Assembly (NCBI GenBank): GCA_951406725.2
Contig: OX597818.1
Coordinates: 69,874,001-69,938,000, forward strand
Reading direction: 5' to 3'
DNA: 64,000 nt
Origin: Octopus vulgaris
Lineage: Eukaryota
Positions 26,128 to 39,114 of the stretch are shown here, piece by piece. Position 1 is the stretch's first letter. Each line of letters starts with the position of its first letter. Under the pieces are notes generated by a model. That model was not told where the DNA came from. It searched no databases and saw only the letters and a list, made by a program, of their open reading frames with translations. The translations under genes were made by a program, and so were the position numbers.

Positions 26128-26677
26128 TGGTGGCTGCACCCTCATTATCGAGTATGGCCATTGCATGGAGCTTAATCAATGTTGTTATCGTGCAATGCCT
26201 GTGCAAGAAGATTTTTTTAGAGTGAGGAAAGGCTGTGCACTGAGTCAATCCCACTCACTAAGCAACAGCAGCCATAATCCGAAAAGAACAAGTCAACATC
26301 ATCGGTAATCACTGAGCCGCAGGTTTTATATCGGAGTTATCCCAGTTACCTGAGCTACCTTCTCCTAGAAGGATGCCCTAACAAAGGCTAGGAGTCCTTC
26401 ACTCCCAATGGTTTAACTGCGTGATCGGGTATTCAGTCCGATTATTTCTATGTCCCCGCGCATGATACATCCTTAAGACATTTATTAGATGGCCGTTGAC
26501 ACTCAAGAGTTCCTCCGCTATTTAACGGGTTTTGTTTTTCATCTCGCAGGGTGACCAATAAACACCCTCCTCACCAAGCAAGCTTGGTGGGGTTGCCGGT
26601 TTAGTCGATGACGACCCGACCATGCAACAGGTTGTACTGGATTACATGTTACCAGTAGCACTCGAAAGTGACCTGAC
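26128..26677 (-). mobile_element. ~550-bp non-coding repeat, probably a non-autonomous RTE derivative, within (CATA)n
   Basis: Minus strand carries an RTE 5'UTR-like gggcatccttctaggagaaggtagctc and ends ggccatactcgataatgagggtgcagccacc; family assignment is by recollection. Confidence 0.45.
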
Positions 26678-27350
26678 ATACATACATACATACATGCAAG
26701 CAATCAAAAAGACCCTGTCATTGATGCTGAAATTCCAATGAAGGAGCCTTGGATCTGCGTTAGAAACTGGCTTTTTCTCTGTTGGCATGTGGTCTTGAAA
26801 TAAAACCGAACGATGGCAAACATACAATACATACATACGTACGTATGACTGCATTTGTGTTTGTACGTATGCAAAACTAAACGCTAATAATATATTGACT
26901 TTTTATCATTAGCTTATTAACAAATATTTGAATTTATAAACTTGGATGGGAATATGATATGTTCTGCAATTAATTTTGAAACTAATTGTCAGTACTAGCT
27001 TCATAATTAATAACCTCTGACAATATCGATGATATACAGCTTTAGTTAACCAGCTAGCATTAATTACAATTGCTCACTGTCAACACAGAAGGAATACCAA
27101 TGTGTATATTCACGTATGAGTGTGCGCGCGCGCGTGTGTGTCTACAGAGAGTCAGAAGTTTGTTATACGGAATGACAACAATGCAGTCTGAACATTTAAC
27201 AAGACCAACAATATCAAAGTTATTCAAATGTTACCTTAGTTATATATAAATATTTAATACTGATATTTTGAGTTAAAAACACCTCTTCAATAGTTTTAAA
27301 TTACGAGATATGTATATTACGTGTCTATTTTGTTGGAGTATTAAATGTGC

Positions 27351-27659
27351 GTGGAGGCGCAATGGCCCCGTTGTTAAGGCAGCGGACTCGCGGTCGTAAG
27401 ATCGCGGTTTCGATTCCCAGACCGGGCATTGTGAGTGTTTATTGAGCGAAAACGCCTAAAGATCCACGAGGCTCCGACATAGGGTGGTGGCGATCCCTGC
27501 TGTACTCTTTCGCCACAAATTTCTCTCAGTCTTTCTTCTGTTGGCCTGCTCGCTTAGCCAGCGGGGTGGCGTAATTTGAAGGCTAAAACAGTGTGAAGCG
27601 CATTGTGAACAGCGATGTGTAGCAACATCTGATAGCCTGGTCGGTCACGTGATCACGTG
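27351..27659 (+). mobile_element. tRNA-derived SINE family D (tail type 1) with target site duplication
   Basis: Head ggaggcgcaatggcc..ggtttcgattcc; ends cacgtgatcacgtg; TSD attaaatgtgc(gtg) at 27340 and 27660. Confidence 0.92.
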
Positions 27660-27864
27660 ATTAAATGTGCGTGTGGCATTAAATATATCACGACTTTAAA
27701 GATATATGAATGTAGAGTTTTGACCGGGTTCTACAGTCTAGCTATTGAGGCATGGGGGAGCATATGTGCGAGGAAGAATTAGGTCAAGTATTGTGTGATA
27801 TGGTATTCTCATTCAAACCAATTACTAATTGTTGGCTTTTGTAATGTTTTATAAATCAGAATAC

Positions 27865-28022
27865 CTTCTTTAATTCCCATTTTACTGATATTACGATCTT
27901 TCGGTTTACAACTAACAACAAACGTGAATTTTCTACCTTTTTCACTTCCTTTTCAAGTTGGTGTGTGCGTGTTGAGGAGATGCTCTTTGCTTCAAATGTG
28001 TATTGACTGGATGCTACTGACT
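27865..28022 (-). other. Candidate coding exon of an unidentified gene
   Basis: tgtgttacag acceptor, 158-nt stop-free frame (SVASSQYTFEAKS..VKWELKK), AAG|gtattc donor. Confidence 0.3.
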
Positions 28023-28087
28023 CTGTAACACACACACACACACATACACATATGTGTGTGTTACAGAGTCAGTAGGATTCAGTCAAT

Positions 28088-28124
<37 letters not shown>

Positions 28125-28356
28125 CATGCAAATAACATGAAATACGTAAACAATGAGAAAAATGGAAAACAGGAGAAGCAAACACAGAGAAAAAACCCTT
28201 CATCAGTTGTCGGCTGTCGATCAGTTCCTCATTTCGAGCAATCAACGACAATATGAGTCTTCAAAGACAGTTGTTTCCATAATTTTCTAAGATTTCACTC
28301 GTTTGTTTACGTATTTCATGTTATTTGCATTGTTGGTGACGTCCGGTACCCATATA

Positions 28357-28427
<71 letters not shown>

Positions 28428-28606
28428 AGAGAGAGATGTTGCTTGAGAAATAATCTATATACTTCATAGAGAAATAAGATAAACAAAAGCCAATCAGTTT
28501 GAAATAATTTATTTAGAAATTTCTATTATCAAAGATAAAAGAAATGCTTGTTTCTGGTCAGATTTTCAGAATTTTTGCAAAGTTTGCGTAACTAATAGTA
28601 TCAATG

Positions 28607-28665
<59 letters not shown>

Positions 28666-28669
<4 letters not shown>

Positions 28670-28760
28670 CGTGACCAACCAGGCTATCAGATGTTGTTAC
28701 ACATCGCTGGTCACAATGCACTTCGCATTGTTTTAGCCTTCAAATGACGCCACCCCGCTG
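28666..28760 (-). mobile_element. Isolated tail of SINE family D type 1
   Basis: Reverse complement of 27560-27650. Confidence 0.8.
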
Positions 28761-29055
28761 TGTGTGAGGAAATGCTTGAGAACTTATAGGAATCAACCCC
28801 GTGTAAATTGTGATATGGCTATTGTTGACAACCGAACATGTGCAATCTGTGGAAAGGAGCACCTTTCAGTTGCAGAATTGAGAAGGCATGTCAAACGACT
28901 TCATTCTGTGGCACCTGTTCCTTCTGCCAGCCAGCACGGTTATGCATTATGCAATAGAATGTGCACATCTTTGGCTGGGTTCAAGAGTCATACAAACGCC
29001 TCACACTGCATCATCAAAACTCATTTCAATGATTCTGTAGGGTTGGTGACATAGG
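28761..29055 (+). mobile_element. RTE-like LINE C-terminal C2H2 zinc-finger fragment (likely resumes at 29902-30016)
   Basis: ORF 28764..29054: CAICGKEHLSVAELRRHVKRLH and ALCNRMCTSLAGFKSH; no TGEKP linker; RTE-like terminal motif tggctttgctcgtatacgag near 29990. Confidence 0.55.
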
Positions 29056-29901
29056 TAAGTCACACGGTCGCATTCCTAGCGAAATAAGATAAGCCATTAA
29101 TACAATTTAATACAATGCAGTGCCAACAGAATAAAGATGAATTGAGTACAAGGCCGTTCCACTGTTTGAGAGAAGATAAGATTTTATTTACAATTGGTTT
29201 TAAGGTTAGAAGGTTGTGAGTGCTAGCAAGTGCGTGTGTGCGTGTGTGTGCATGCAACACGTGTTTGTGTCTGTGTGTTCGTGTGTGGGACAGATACAAT
29301 AAGGGTGAAAGCGTGTGGCATAGAAAGGTACAGAGCATAGAAATCATAATGGAGATTGATTTACTGTTCTGAGGTACACGAAGTGTAAGAGTTCGATATC
29401 AGGATGTTGTGTCTCGGGCTGAGGCCGGTCGGGCGAATTATTGTCGAGCCGCGGTCGTGGTCTCAAATCGGCGAGCTGGTTCTTCGGATATAGATTTCTT
29501 CAGATGAACTGTTTCTACTTGGTGAAGGCGTTCACTCTAACAGCGTGGTTCTGTGATGTTGGTGTGTACATGTCTGAAGTGGACGATGATGATGGCGACG
29601 GTAGCGCAGATAGTAGGCTTTCTGTTGCGGGTGTACATTAGCGTCGTCGTGGCTGATCGTCTGTCGTCTGTGACTGGAACATGTTGAGTAGCTCTGTGAT
29701 CAGAGGTTCAGTCCTTCAAGGACTGGAAACCAAAGACACTTGGTGAAGGGATTCACTCCCTTATATACAAGTAAGGTAGCTCAAATGAGCTTAAGAAATG
29801 GGACTTCAACCAAAGGCCTTGATTGGTTAGCTTTGGCCAGTGGCGCGAAATAAGTAGAGACAAATCGCGCCACATGTCAACCAATCAGGTTAGTGGTTAC
29901 A
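29056..29901 (-). mobile_element. Probable solo LTR (~850 bp)
   Basis: Minus strand starts TGTAAC, then CCAAT boxes, TATATAA (29761-29767) and AATAAA (~29183) in order; imperfect 5-bp TSD atagg/acagg; other terminus reads TA rather than CA. Confidence 0.55.
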
Positions 29902-30016
29902 ACAGGAACAACTCTCAAACGAGATCATTCCTGCCGTGTTTCTCAAACAGTGAGGATATCAGAGACCGCTACAATTCTATCTAACAATGGCTTTGCTCGT
30001 ATACGAGAAAACAGCT

Positions 30017-30106
<90 letters not shown>

Positions 30107-30269
30107 CTCCTACCCATGGATTACACTGGACTCCTCTGTTGATGAAAAATCGCTCCAATACACCACGACGTTCGAAGCTTTTGAACTTTTTGAACTTTTC
30201 GTAAGTTTTTTATACTTTCTAAACTTTATTGTACATTGTGCTTTTTCCTCCACATTCTTTATTTTCTAT

Positions 30270-30400
30270 CCTTGTCTCTTTCTGTGGAAGAGCGTAGGCT
30301 CGAAACGTTAAAGACTTTTTCACTTCCCGAGAGTTATACTAATACATCTGTTTGTTTTCTACACCACCTGTGTCCGTCTTTTGCTTAGTTGTGAATTCTC

Positions 30401-30402
<2 letters not shown>
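30270..30402 (+). repeat. Interspersed repeat with hammerhead-like hairpin (second copy 63716-63870, minus)
   Basis: ttctgtggaagagcgtaggctcgaaacgttaaagac..cacttcccgag..ttgtgaattctccc recurs in reverse complement near the window end. Confidence 0.75.
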
Positions 30403-30464
<62 letters not shown>

Positions 30465-30816
30465 AGAATTATAAAAGATATATCGATATTTTATGCAACT
30501 TATTTACACTATGGGTGATAGGTCAGAGTGATGTTATGAGGGACATAAGCGACCGCGAATATGCCGTTAAACTAATAACAAGCACATCGATGAAAATGTG
30601 AACAAACAAATGGATAATAGAACGATAACATATAAGGAAATAACTTTGACTGGAAGCTTGTTGGTTGCCAGTATAATTTTTATTGATTTTCTCTGATCTC
30701 TTTCGAATTGTATAAATTTTCATCAGATGGATTGATATCTTTGTTGATTCCAATTGAAAGTCGTGAACGTGTGATCACATAACTTTATTTCTCAGAAATA
30801 AAATATATATTTTCAA

Positions 30817-30818
<2 letters not shown>

Positions 30819-30896
<78 letters not shown>
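30819..30896. repeat. (CT)n microsatellite
   Basis: Direct reading. Confidence 0.98.
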
Positions 30897-30899
<3 letters not shown>

Positions 30900-30977
30900 G
30901 CAGCTCATTGTTTGTGTCGGCTTTCTAATGAACTGTGCCTCTACCGTTCAGATATTTGCAGCATTTCAATGTCTCAC

Positions 30978-31225
30978 CTGAACCTATGTTCTGATATTTC
31001 TTCTGCGTATTTCGTCTGTGTTTGAATCGGGCGCTGAGTAGTGTCAGCTTAAAAAGTGTTCCGTTATTCTAAAGAGTAACTACTATTTGGTCAATCCACC
31101 ATATATAATCACGGTATTGACATTAATTGGTAGCGATTCGAATTCAACCGTTGGATACTCGATTTGGCATCACGAGGGAGACAGCACAGTTTCACGTGAT
31201 TGATTTATAAATCAACCAATCAGAG
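30978..31225 (-). promoter_or_regulatory. Candidate Pol II promoter and first non-coding exon
   Basis: CpG-rich, apparently unique DNA; CCAAT 31216-31220, E-box CACGTG 31193-31198, TATA-like 31101-31108, donor CAG|gtgaga at 30978/30977. Confidence 0.35.
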
Positions 31226-32549
31226 TAAAGATTTGGTGTGATATGGTTTTTCGGACCTTCTAGAAACTAACCCCTTTTCTCCCTCTAAAAATTGCTTGGC
31301 GCCGAACTCAGAAGGCAAACGACCTCGAGCTTTCGACCAGATGGCTTTGGACTTTCATTCAGACGATTTCGGGGATACGGACAGACCAATTCTGAATATT
31401 CCCATGATGTCCCATAAGTAGCTTCTACAAACATGGCACGGCTTTTTTCTCCTCCCAGTGGACAGTTGCATTATTAGTATCTTTCATTGTAAATAACGAG
31501 CACAAAATTCATGTCTGGCAATAAATATTGAAGTTAAAGGTTCGAGAGATTGCTTCAGTTATTATTCACTTATCCAAAGACATTCCAAATCGCTAAAGTA
31601 CAATATAAACAAGCACGCCACATCAATGGTAATAAAGCCACCCATTGCGAAAAATTTATAAACAACGTTGGTTTTTAAACAAAGGACACCCGCTGTCGGA
31701 TGACATATTCGTGGTTCTGACTGGTCGGTGACCAAATCTTCTTATGAGCTATTTGTTTTTAGAGGGTAGCATTATGTCAGTGTATAGCTACGCCTTGTTA
31801 TTTTGACAAGAGGTTCAGTCATAATGAGGCTGAAGAGGCAATGACTGATGTACAACATTTATTCACACACGAAAACGGTGGCATATTTTATCAACCCAAT
31901 TTGAATTGCAGGTTGCGTTGACAAAATGACAAAAACTAGACAAACAATCACCCACGCTAATTAGTGCAGAAAGAACTTGGATTACAACAATCTACGAATA
32001 GGAAGTTTCTTTATGGTTTGAAAGAGATCAGTATTGAATAGCAGACTGCAGGATGAAGTCCTACAGTCAAGTTTTTAAAATTCCAAAGAATCAGATGGAA
32101 GAATCTAGGTGAAAAATTAAAACTTTGCTGAATATCTTAGTCACGGAATTGCCAATAACTTTTCATAGAATTTCACATTTTAAAACTTTTTTCAGGCTTG
32201 AAAATTCTTTATAAAATTTGTTTTATTATGCAAAATTCTACTGAAATAAAATCCTTTTCCTATATCACTGCAAGTTTTCTTATTCTTGGGTCCGTAGCAA
32301 ATTAACGGCAGTGAGCTGGCTGTAGTGTGTTGTCTTCAATTCGAGAATCAAATGTAAGAATATAGATTTTTCTGCTTTCTTTTGTTTTACAATATTTTTG
32401 CCACTCAAGAAGCTTCTTTCTCCTTCTGCCATTTTCCAATCTAACCAATTCACTTGTTCCTTGGAGATTCATGTTTCTGTGGATTATGAGCTGCTTCCAC
32501 ATTTTCTTGTCGATATCCGATTATATTGAAGGAAGGAGAACCACTGGAA

Positions 32550-33540
32550 AAGAATGGGGGAAAAAACGAATAATCTATTTTTGAATAATTTAAAGCTTTA
32601 TGACCAAGAGAAGAATCAACAAACCATAGGAAAATTTAGTAGAGACACTGGGTTGACATTCGGAATTGAGGAATATGCTTATGATGGCAACGAAGTGGGA
32701 GAATTCATAAAATGTACAAAAATAGGTTCTACCTAATGATGAGAATATGAAATCATTAAGCGTAGGATAAGTATATAAATATCTTGGAGAACTGGAATTG
32801 ATAAAATCAAAAGTACAGAAATAAAAGAAGTCTTCAGTAAAGAATTTTTTTGTAGAATGAAGATTTTAAAATCATCGAAATTGAATGCAGGAAAATATAA
32901 TTCAAGAAATCAACTTGAAGGCAGTCTCCTTAATAAGGTATGGATTAAGGATTATTGAATGGAGACAGGATGAGCTGAAGGATATCTTCAGGAAAACGTG
33001 GAAGCAGCTGACAAAACATGGAAGGACGCAACGCCACTCAGATAGGGATCAGTTATACTGGGAGAGAACAGAAGGAGGAAGTTTAACGAAGGTTGAACCG
33101 AAGTGGCTGTAGAACTGGAGAAAACATGTCTAGGTTCCTATTTAAAAAATTCTCCTTGGGGAGGTAACGAAGAGAATTCGTAGAACCCGAAAATGGAAAA
33201 TGGAAATCAAAGTTTGAAGAGGAAAAGCTGAAAGAAATAAGGAATGATAAAGAAAAGAATATTCAAGTAGGAAAGTGAAAGAATGATACTAGCAGCGCAG
33301 AAGCAAGTCTTTAGGGTAAATTGAATCAACAGAATAGTGTATAGACAGAATTATTCATTGAAATGCAGAATATACGGTGATTCCGACGCGACTATAGCTC
33401 AGATTGCATAGGAAAGTTCACAGTTAATTTAGGGTGAATACATAACGTTTAGGTCTAATGAGACTGTCACAATAATTCACACAAATATTCTCAAAAGATT
33501 TGGTTTTGCATGCACAGAAATGTTCCATGACCATTTTATT
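32550..33540 (+). mobile_element. Highly decayed R4/Dong-like RT C-terminal region
   Basis: NLKLY..FSRDTGLTFGIE..YKYLG..KLNA..INLKAVSLIRYG..LYWERTEGG (ORFs 32554..32736, 32885..33112). Confidence 0.75.
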
Positions 33541-33564
33541 AGTAAGAGACGAAAATAGATCTTT

Positions 33565-34162
33565 CCTCAGGTGACACAATCTTAGGGAAAGTTAATATCA
33601 AAAGAGGAATTTTCCAGGGGAACCCGTTATCCCCTTTATTATTTGTCTTATTTTTGATCCCCCTCAGTTTAGTATTAAGGGAGGCAAAGGCAGGGTATCA
33701 GTTCAGAAATAGTAAGGGAAAAATTAACCATTTACTCTAGATTGGATGATCTGAAGAATTTTAGTAAGAATGAAAAAGAAATAGATTCCTTAATACAGAC
33801 TGTAAAACTCTTGAGCAAAGATATAGGCATGGAATTTGGTATAGATAAGCGTGCAATTTTAGTCATGAGAAGGGACAGGTAGTCAACAAGGAAAGTATCG
33901 GATTATCAGATGACCAGACATTAAAATCATTGAAAGGAGGAGAGCGTAATAAGTACCGAAGAGTATTAGAATCTGAGAGAGTACTTACTACAGAAATGAA
34001 AACGAAAATTGAGAAGTACATCAGAAGAAACTAACGAAGTCAAAGCTAAAATGGTCCAAATCTGGTGAAGGCTGTAAATACTTGGGCAATATCATTACTT
34101 AGATACTCAGCAGCTTTTGTAGGTTGGGTAAATGTTGAATTAGCACAGCTAGACAGAAGAAA
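33565..34162 (+). mobile_element. R4/Dong-like RT fragment, same family as 1195-4420
   Basis: Close nucleotide match to the reverse complement of ~2175-2740. Confidence 0.9.
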
Positions 34163-34164
34163 TT

Positions 34165-35366
34165 AGGATACGAAGCAGTAACAGGAGCAAAATTTAACCA
34201 AAAAAAGTCAGTGGGCCTGCAGCTCAGCACCTGGAGAGGCAAATCCAAGCCATCCAGTAACATCGTGGGACGCCGAACGAAGGGTTAAATTGCTCGGAGT
34301 CTGGTTTCGTCCAGATGTTCAGGTGGAGGAGGACTGGGACAAGGTGATTAGCAGAGTGGCCAATCTTACCCAGAAATGGGCCGAGCGAAATTTATCTCTG
34401 AAAGGTGGGGCAGAGGTGGCCTAGTTCACAATGTCAGTTGTTCTGTTTGCTGTTAACACCCGCTGAATGGAGAGTTGGACATGCCGTGACTGCTGATGCA
34501 CAGACATGCGCTGAGGTTTGGACATCTCCAGTGCTTCCTAGACAGTGAGCAGGTGTGGTCGCTATTTATCAGATACACTTTCCCACAGCTCGTCTCTGTA
34601 TCTGAGTTGCAGTCCTAGATCAAGCATAGATCGAGGCAGCGAGCCTAGCCCCTAGAATGACATTAGGCGCTCACAGTCCTCTGTCAGTCTGGCAATGCAG
34701 ACAGTAGCAGTTCCACTCAAACGTTCTATAGCAGGTTAGTGGCGGGCAAGTGCGATGAGGTTCTTGGTGAAACTCTGGGCGTCGATGAGAATGAGTTGGT
34801 TAGTCTGTGCCGGAGGACTTTCATGCCGGGGCCCATAGATAACTCCCAGAAATCCCTGGCCTTGCTACCGGAGGGGCATTGCCAATTATGGATGAACTCT
34901 ACAGGCATGTAAGTACCGTCAGCCGGGTTTGTCCGAGGTGCGCACAGAACAACGAAACTGTTCTGCACGTTCTCTCAAGACAGACAATTGCCCCTTTAGC
35001 CATGCCCTCATAAACTTTTTCAAGTTCCACTTGGAAAGGAAAGTGAGGGTAGAGAGGGAAGTGCTGCCTCCCAGCAATTTTGCTAAAAGGTGGTTGAATG
35101 TAACGCGAAAGGTCTGAGTGAAGCATGCGCCTCGAGGTCGAGAGTACATGAAGTGCAGAGGGCACTTGTCCTAAAGATCAGAGCGATCGTTGTTTTTGTG
35201 GTGTTTTTTTAAGCAGCCCTTGGAAGCTTCCCTCTTTTGGGATTTATTTGTAATAATTTTTATTGTTGTTTCCTTTTTACACGTTTAAATCCCACTCTTT
35301 TGGTGTTGTATTGTCCTATGTTGTCCCCAATCTCTTATATAAACCCTCAGTGGTGAATAAAGAAAG
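34165..35366 (+). mobile_element. Decayed 3' part of a Tx1/L1-like LINE
   Basis: Homologous to the reverse complement of 56773-57690 (TGAK.NQ.KSVGLQL, LLGVWF, WAERNLSLKG); ends gaataaagaaa. Confidence 0.85.
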
Positions 35367-35984
35367 TATCATCATCACCATCATCATCATCAACAGCAGC
35401 AGCAGCAGTAGTTTCTGTTAGTGAGTGAAGGTTAATGCCTATGGCTCTTTGTTTTCGTTTTTATTTTCTTTCTCAGGGATTTTGTGAAAGGTCGTTTGGA
35501 AGACAGGGTGTTTTCCTCATACCAGGGACCTGGGCTGAATGTTTGCAGCCGGGTGAATTCCACTAAAGTCGACCGAGAACAAGATGGGGATATTAAACCG
35601 GGGACTGGATTAAGTCTACATCCTAGGAACTCAGAATACCAAGAGTCGAAACAAGAACCACAAAGACTCTGACATTTCCATCAACCGACTCTGCTTGTTG
35701 GCTTATTACCGATCTAGAAGGATCTGGCGAAAACTATCACGTGAAAACCGGCCGTTAATTGGCTAATAAGACAACGTAAAAGAGTCGAGCGATGCCGTAG
35801 TTTGAAGTCTGCAATGTGGAGACTCGGTTCGAGTCTTGCTACAACAGTATTTGTTCTAGATTTCTTTTTAAGTTCTGTGTTTAAATCCTCCCTAGGCTAT
35901 CTTCCGCTTTCTGCTGTCTTGGATGGATAAAATTTTCGAAGGGACCGACTGCTCCCTTGTTAAATACAATCAGCATTATAATTG

Positions 35985-36392
35985 ACAGAGTTGCTACAAC
36001 GTCACTATTTCTTCTGCTTCTTTACGTTCTGCGTTCAAATCCCACTAGAGTTAACTTTATCTTCCAACCATTCGACTGCTGGATAAAATGAAAGTTCCAC
36101 TCAAGTGATGGGGTCATTTAACGAACTACACCCTCCCCTGAATTTGTGCTCGTGTATCAATTTTAGAAATTAACATTGGTTTCAAAATTTCATGCGAGGC
36201 TAGCAATTTCGGGAGAGGAGGTAAGGCGATTACATTGACCCTAGTACACAATTGGTAGTACCTATTTTATCGACCCCCTAAAGCATAAATGGAAAAGTCG
36301 ACCTTGGCAGAATTTGAACTCAGAACATAAAGACGGACGAAACGCCGCAAAGCATTTTGCCTGAAATATTAATGACTTTTCCAGCTCAACTC
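35985..36392. mobile_element. Two SINE family A copies tail to tail (plus 35985-36170, minus 36176-36392)
   Basis: tacgttctgcgttcaaatccc on plus; gaatttgaactcagaac and aaagcattttgcc on minus. Confidence 0.7.
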
Positions 36393-37373
36393 CTTAATGT
36401 TAGAAATTAATATTATTGTTTATTGGTTTGGATATTATTGTAATCATGTATCTCAATGTTTCAAATATGAAATATTCTCCTCAAATACCACCCTTTACTC
36501 TTGAATATAACCTCGAGATATAAATATGAAGATGTGCTTCATCTCTGATGTGATTCTTCTAATGTTTCCCAATGAAACAATAATATCAGATTCAGATAAA
36601 ATTTTCTAAAACTACTTTGAAGAATTAACTGAAACAACTTGACGTGTGTGTGCGTGAGTGTGTGTGTGTGTGTGCGTGTGTGTGTACGTGCGCGCATATG
36701 TGTGTTTGCCTGTTGGTTTGTGCTTGTGCACGCGTATGTGATTATACATAGGTGTGTATATGGTTAAATACACAATTTAAAAGCCTGCCAAGTAATTTCA
36801 CGTTGTTGCAGCAAGGCAAGCAAATCTTAAAAAAACAAAATGAAGGATACGTTGCATCATGTCCTCCTAGATACAATGTGTCTAAAAACCAGCCCTAAAA
36901 CAAAGCTGGGATGGTCACAGCCGGAATACCTTTGATCATAAATCTTCTCAATCATGGTTGACCTCTAGCCAAGCACTGCCAACCAGCTACAAGGATGTGT
37001 TTGATGTTGAGAGTTCTTAAAATGTTTCATTAGATTAATAAAGTGATGTAATCATAAGAAATTGGCTGCCAAGATTTTAACGCCAGATAAATATAAGATA
37101 TAATAAGTAACAAATTCAGAGAAACAGTCCAAGTGTTGTGTTTCTCTTTTCTGCCACCACAAATATCTGCTAATAATGTCTAATTAATATCCTTTTCATT
37201 GAAATCTTAAATAAAAATTCATAATTCCCATTCCTAGGCCTTATTTCCAGTAGCGAAGATCGAACTGAGATTTGAAACCTCACCGTCTTGGTTATAATCT
37301 TCTGAAAATTAAATCATTGTCGTCGTCGTAGTCATCATTTGTCCTTGACAGGAACTCTTATTTCTTTTTTCTA

Positions 37374-37768
37374 GTGGAGGCGCAATGGCCCAGTGGTTAG
37401 GGCAGCGGACTCGCGGTCGTAGGATCGCGGTTTCGATTCCCAGACCGGGCGTTGTGAGTGTTTATTGAGCGAAAACACCTAAAGCTCCACGAGGCTCCGG
37501 CAGGGGATGGTGGTGATCCCTGCTGTACTCTTTCACCACAACTCTCTCTCTCTCTCTCTCACTTCCTGTTTCTGTTGTACCTGTATTTCAAAGGGCCGGC
37601 CTTGTCACTCTCTGTGTCACGCTGAATATCCCCGAGAACTACGTTAAGGGTGCGCGTGTCTGTGGAGTGCTCAGCCACTTACACGTTAATTTCACGAGCA
37701 GGCTGTTCCGTTGATTCGGATCAACCGGAACCCTCGTCGTCGGAACCGACGGAGTGCTTCCATCCACA
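37374..37768 (+). mobile_element. Young tRNA-derived SINE family D (tail type 2) with perfect 15-bp TSD
   Basis: Same head as 27351; TSD tatttcttttttcta at 37359-37373 and 37769-37783. Confidence 0.95.
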
Positions 37769-39034
37769 TATTTCTTTTTTCTATGACTTCACTAAGGACT
37801 GAATTACGCAAGTCTCCATATTTGGAACACAAGTGATAGTCATTAAGAATTTTAGGAGGAATGTTTTTTTTTTTTCCTGTTGCATCTTTTGTTTTTCCAT
37901 TTCCACAGCGTCCAGCTCCCTAGCGACGATATCTTTTCCATCTCAGACAGCATGTCGTCCATTCTTACCATTTTATCCAATCGATGTTTCAAAACTACAA
38001 TACAGAACAACGAACTTTGCCTCAAAATGTCTTCCAGGTGTGACTTCAGTTCTCTTTTTAAACGTTTTCCTTCTTCCAATTAGAAAAAAAAATTACAATT
38101 AAAACAGAAGAAACAATTTATCGTGATTGAAATGTCGGAATGTCAGTCGTTCTGTAGTATAATAAGTAATGAGATGGCTTGGTGAGCAACGGATTAATAA
38201 ATCCACTTTCGACTAGGAACCCGTTTCTCTTTTCTAATTAAATTGCTGCTCATAACTGATTCAGTTTTGAAATTAAGTATTGGCAAGTGAAATGCTGAAC
38301 ATTCTACTTTAAATGTAACAATGATGAGAAGGGATTTGTTGGTGATAGAAACATTTGGAAGATCGGGTCTATTGACTTATGTTCCTTCCCACTTTTAACT
38401 TCTTGTGCGGCACAGAAGAACACCATACTGAATCTTGAAACGTTCGATGTAAGTAGGAATTGTTCTAATTTTGTTTACATCCATTTTGTAAGAATTAAGG
38501 AAGCTTCTAATCTCTTAACCAATCTTCTGTTTCTGTTCTGGATTTTTCACTCTGAATATTGTCAACAGAATATTCAAAGTTAATCTTAATAAAGGAATAA
38601 ATATTCCTGTTACGGTTCACTCCAATTATACATTCGGTGTATTTTCCCCATGAAATGATATTCAGTGAAAACAAAAGAAATACAAAGAAAAACAAGACAA
38701 AACAAACAAGTTTGTCCATGACTGCTATGTCATGGACAATTATGATAATGATGTTTCAGAATTTAATAAATATCCAATAGGTATTTAAAGAGGTTTCGGG
38801 AAAGTTTTGCAGTTCGAGTGTTTCTGCAGAAAAAACATCAATTATGATCGTTAAATGTTAAAGACTTTACTTGGTAATAAAAGACTGAGTTACTGGTTTA
38901 TTTTATTTCACTAACAGGAAGGAGGGATATCTAAATATTTCACTAATACAGAAACACAAGCATATAAAAATCGCATATAAATATATAAGTTCATCAACCA
39001 CCATAATGCTCTGTTTATGAGTATGTATATGGAA

Positions 39035-39114
<80 letters not shown>

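Noticed and set aside
28764-29054. Member of the cephalopod C2H2 zinc-finger gene expansion
   Set aside because: Only one intact finger, no TGEKP linkers, and motif and context fit an RTE C-terminus.
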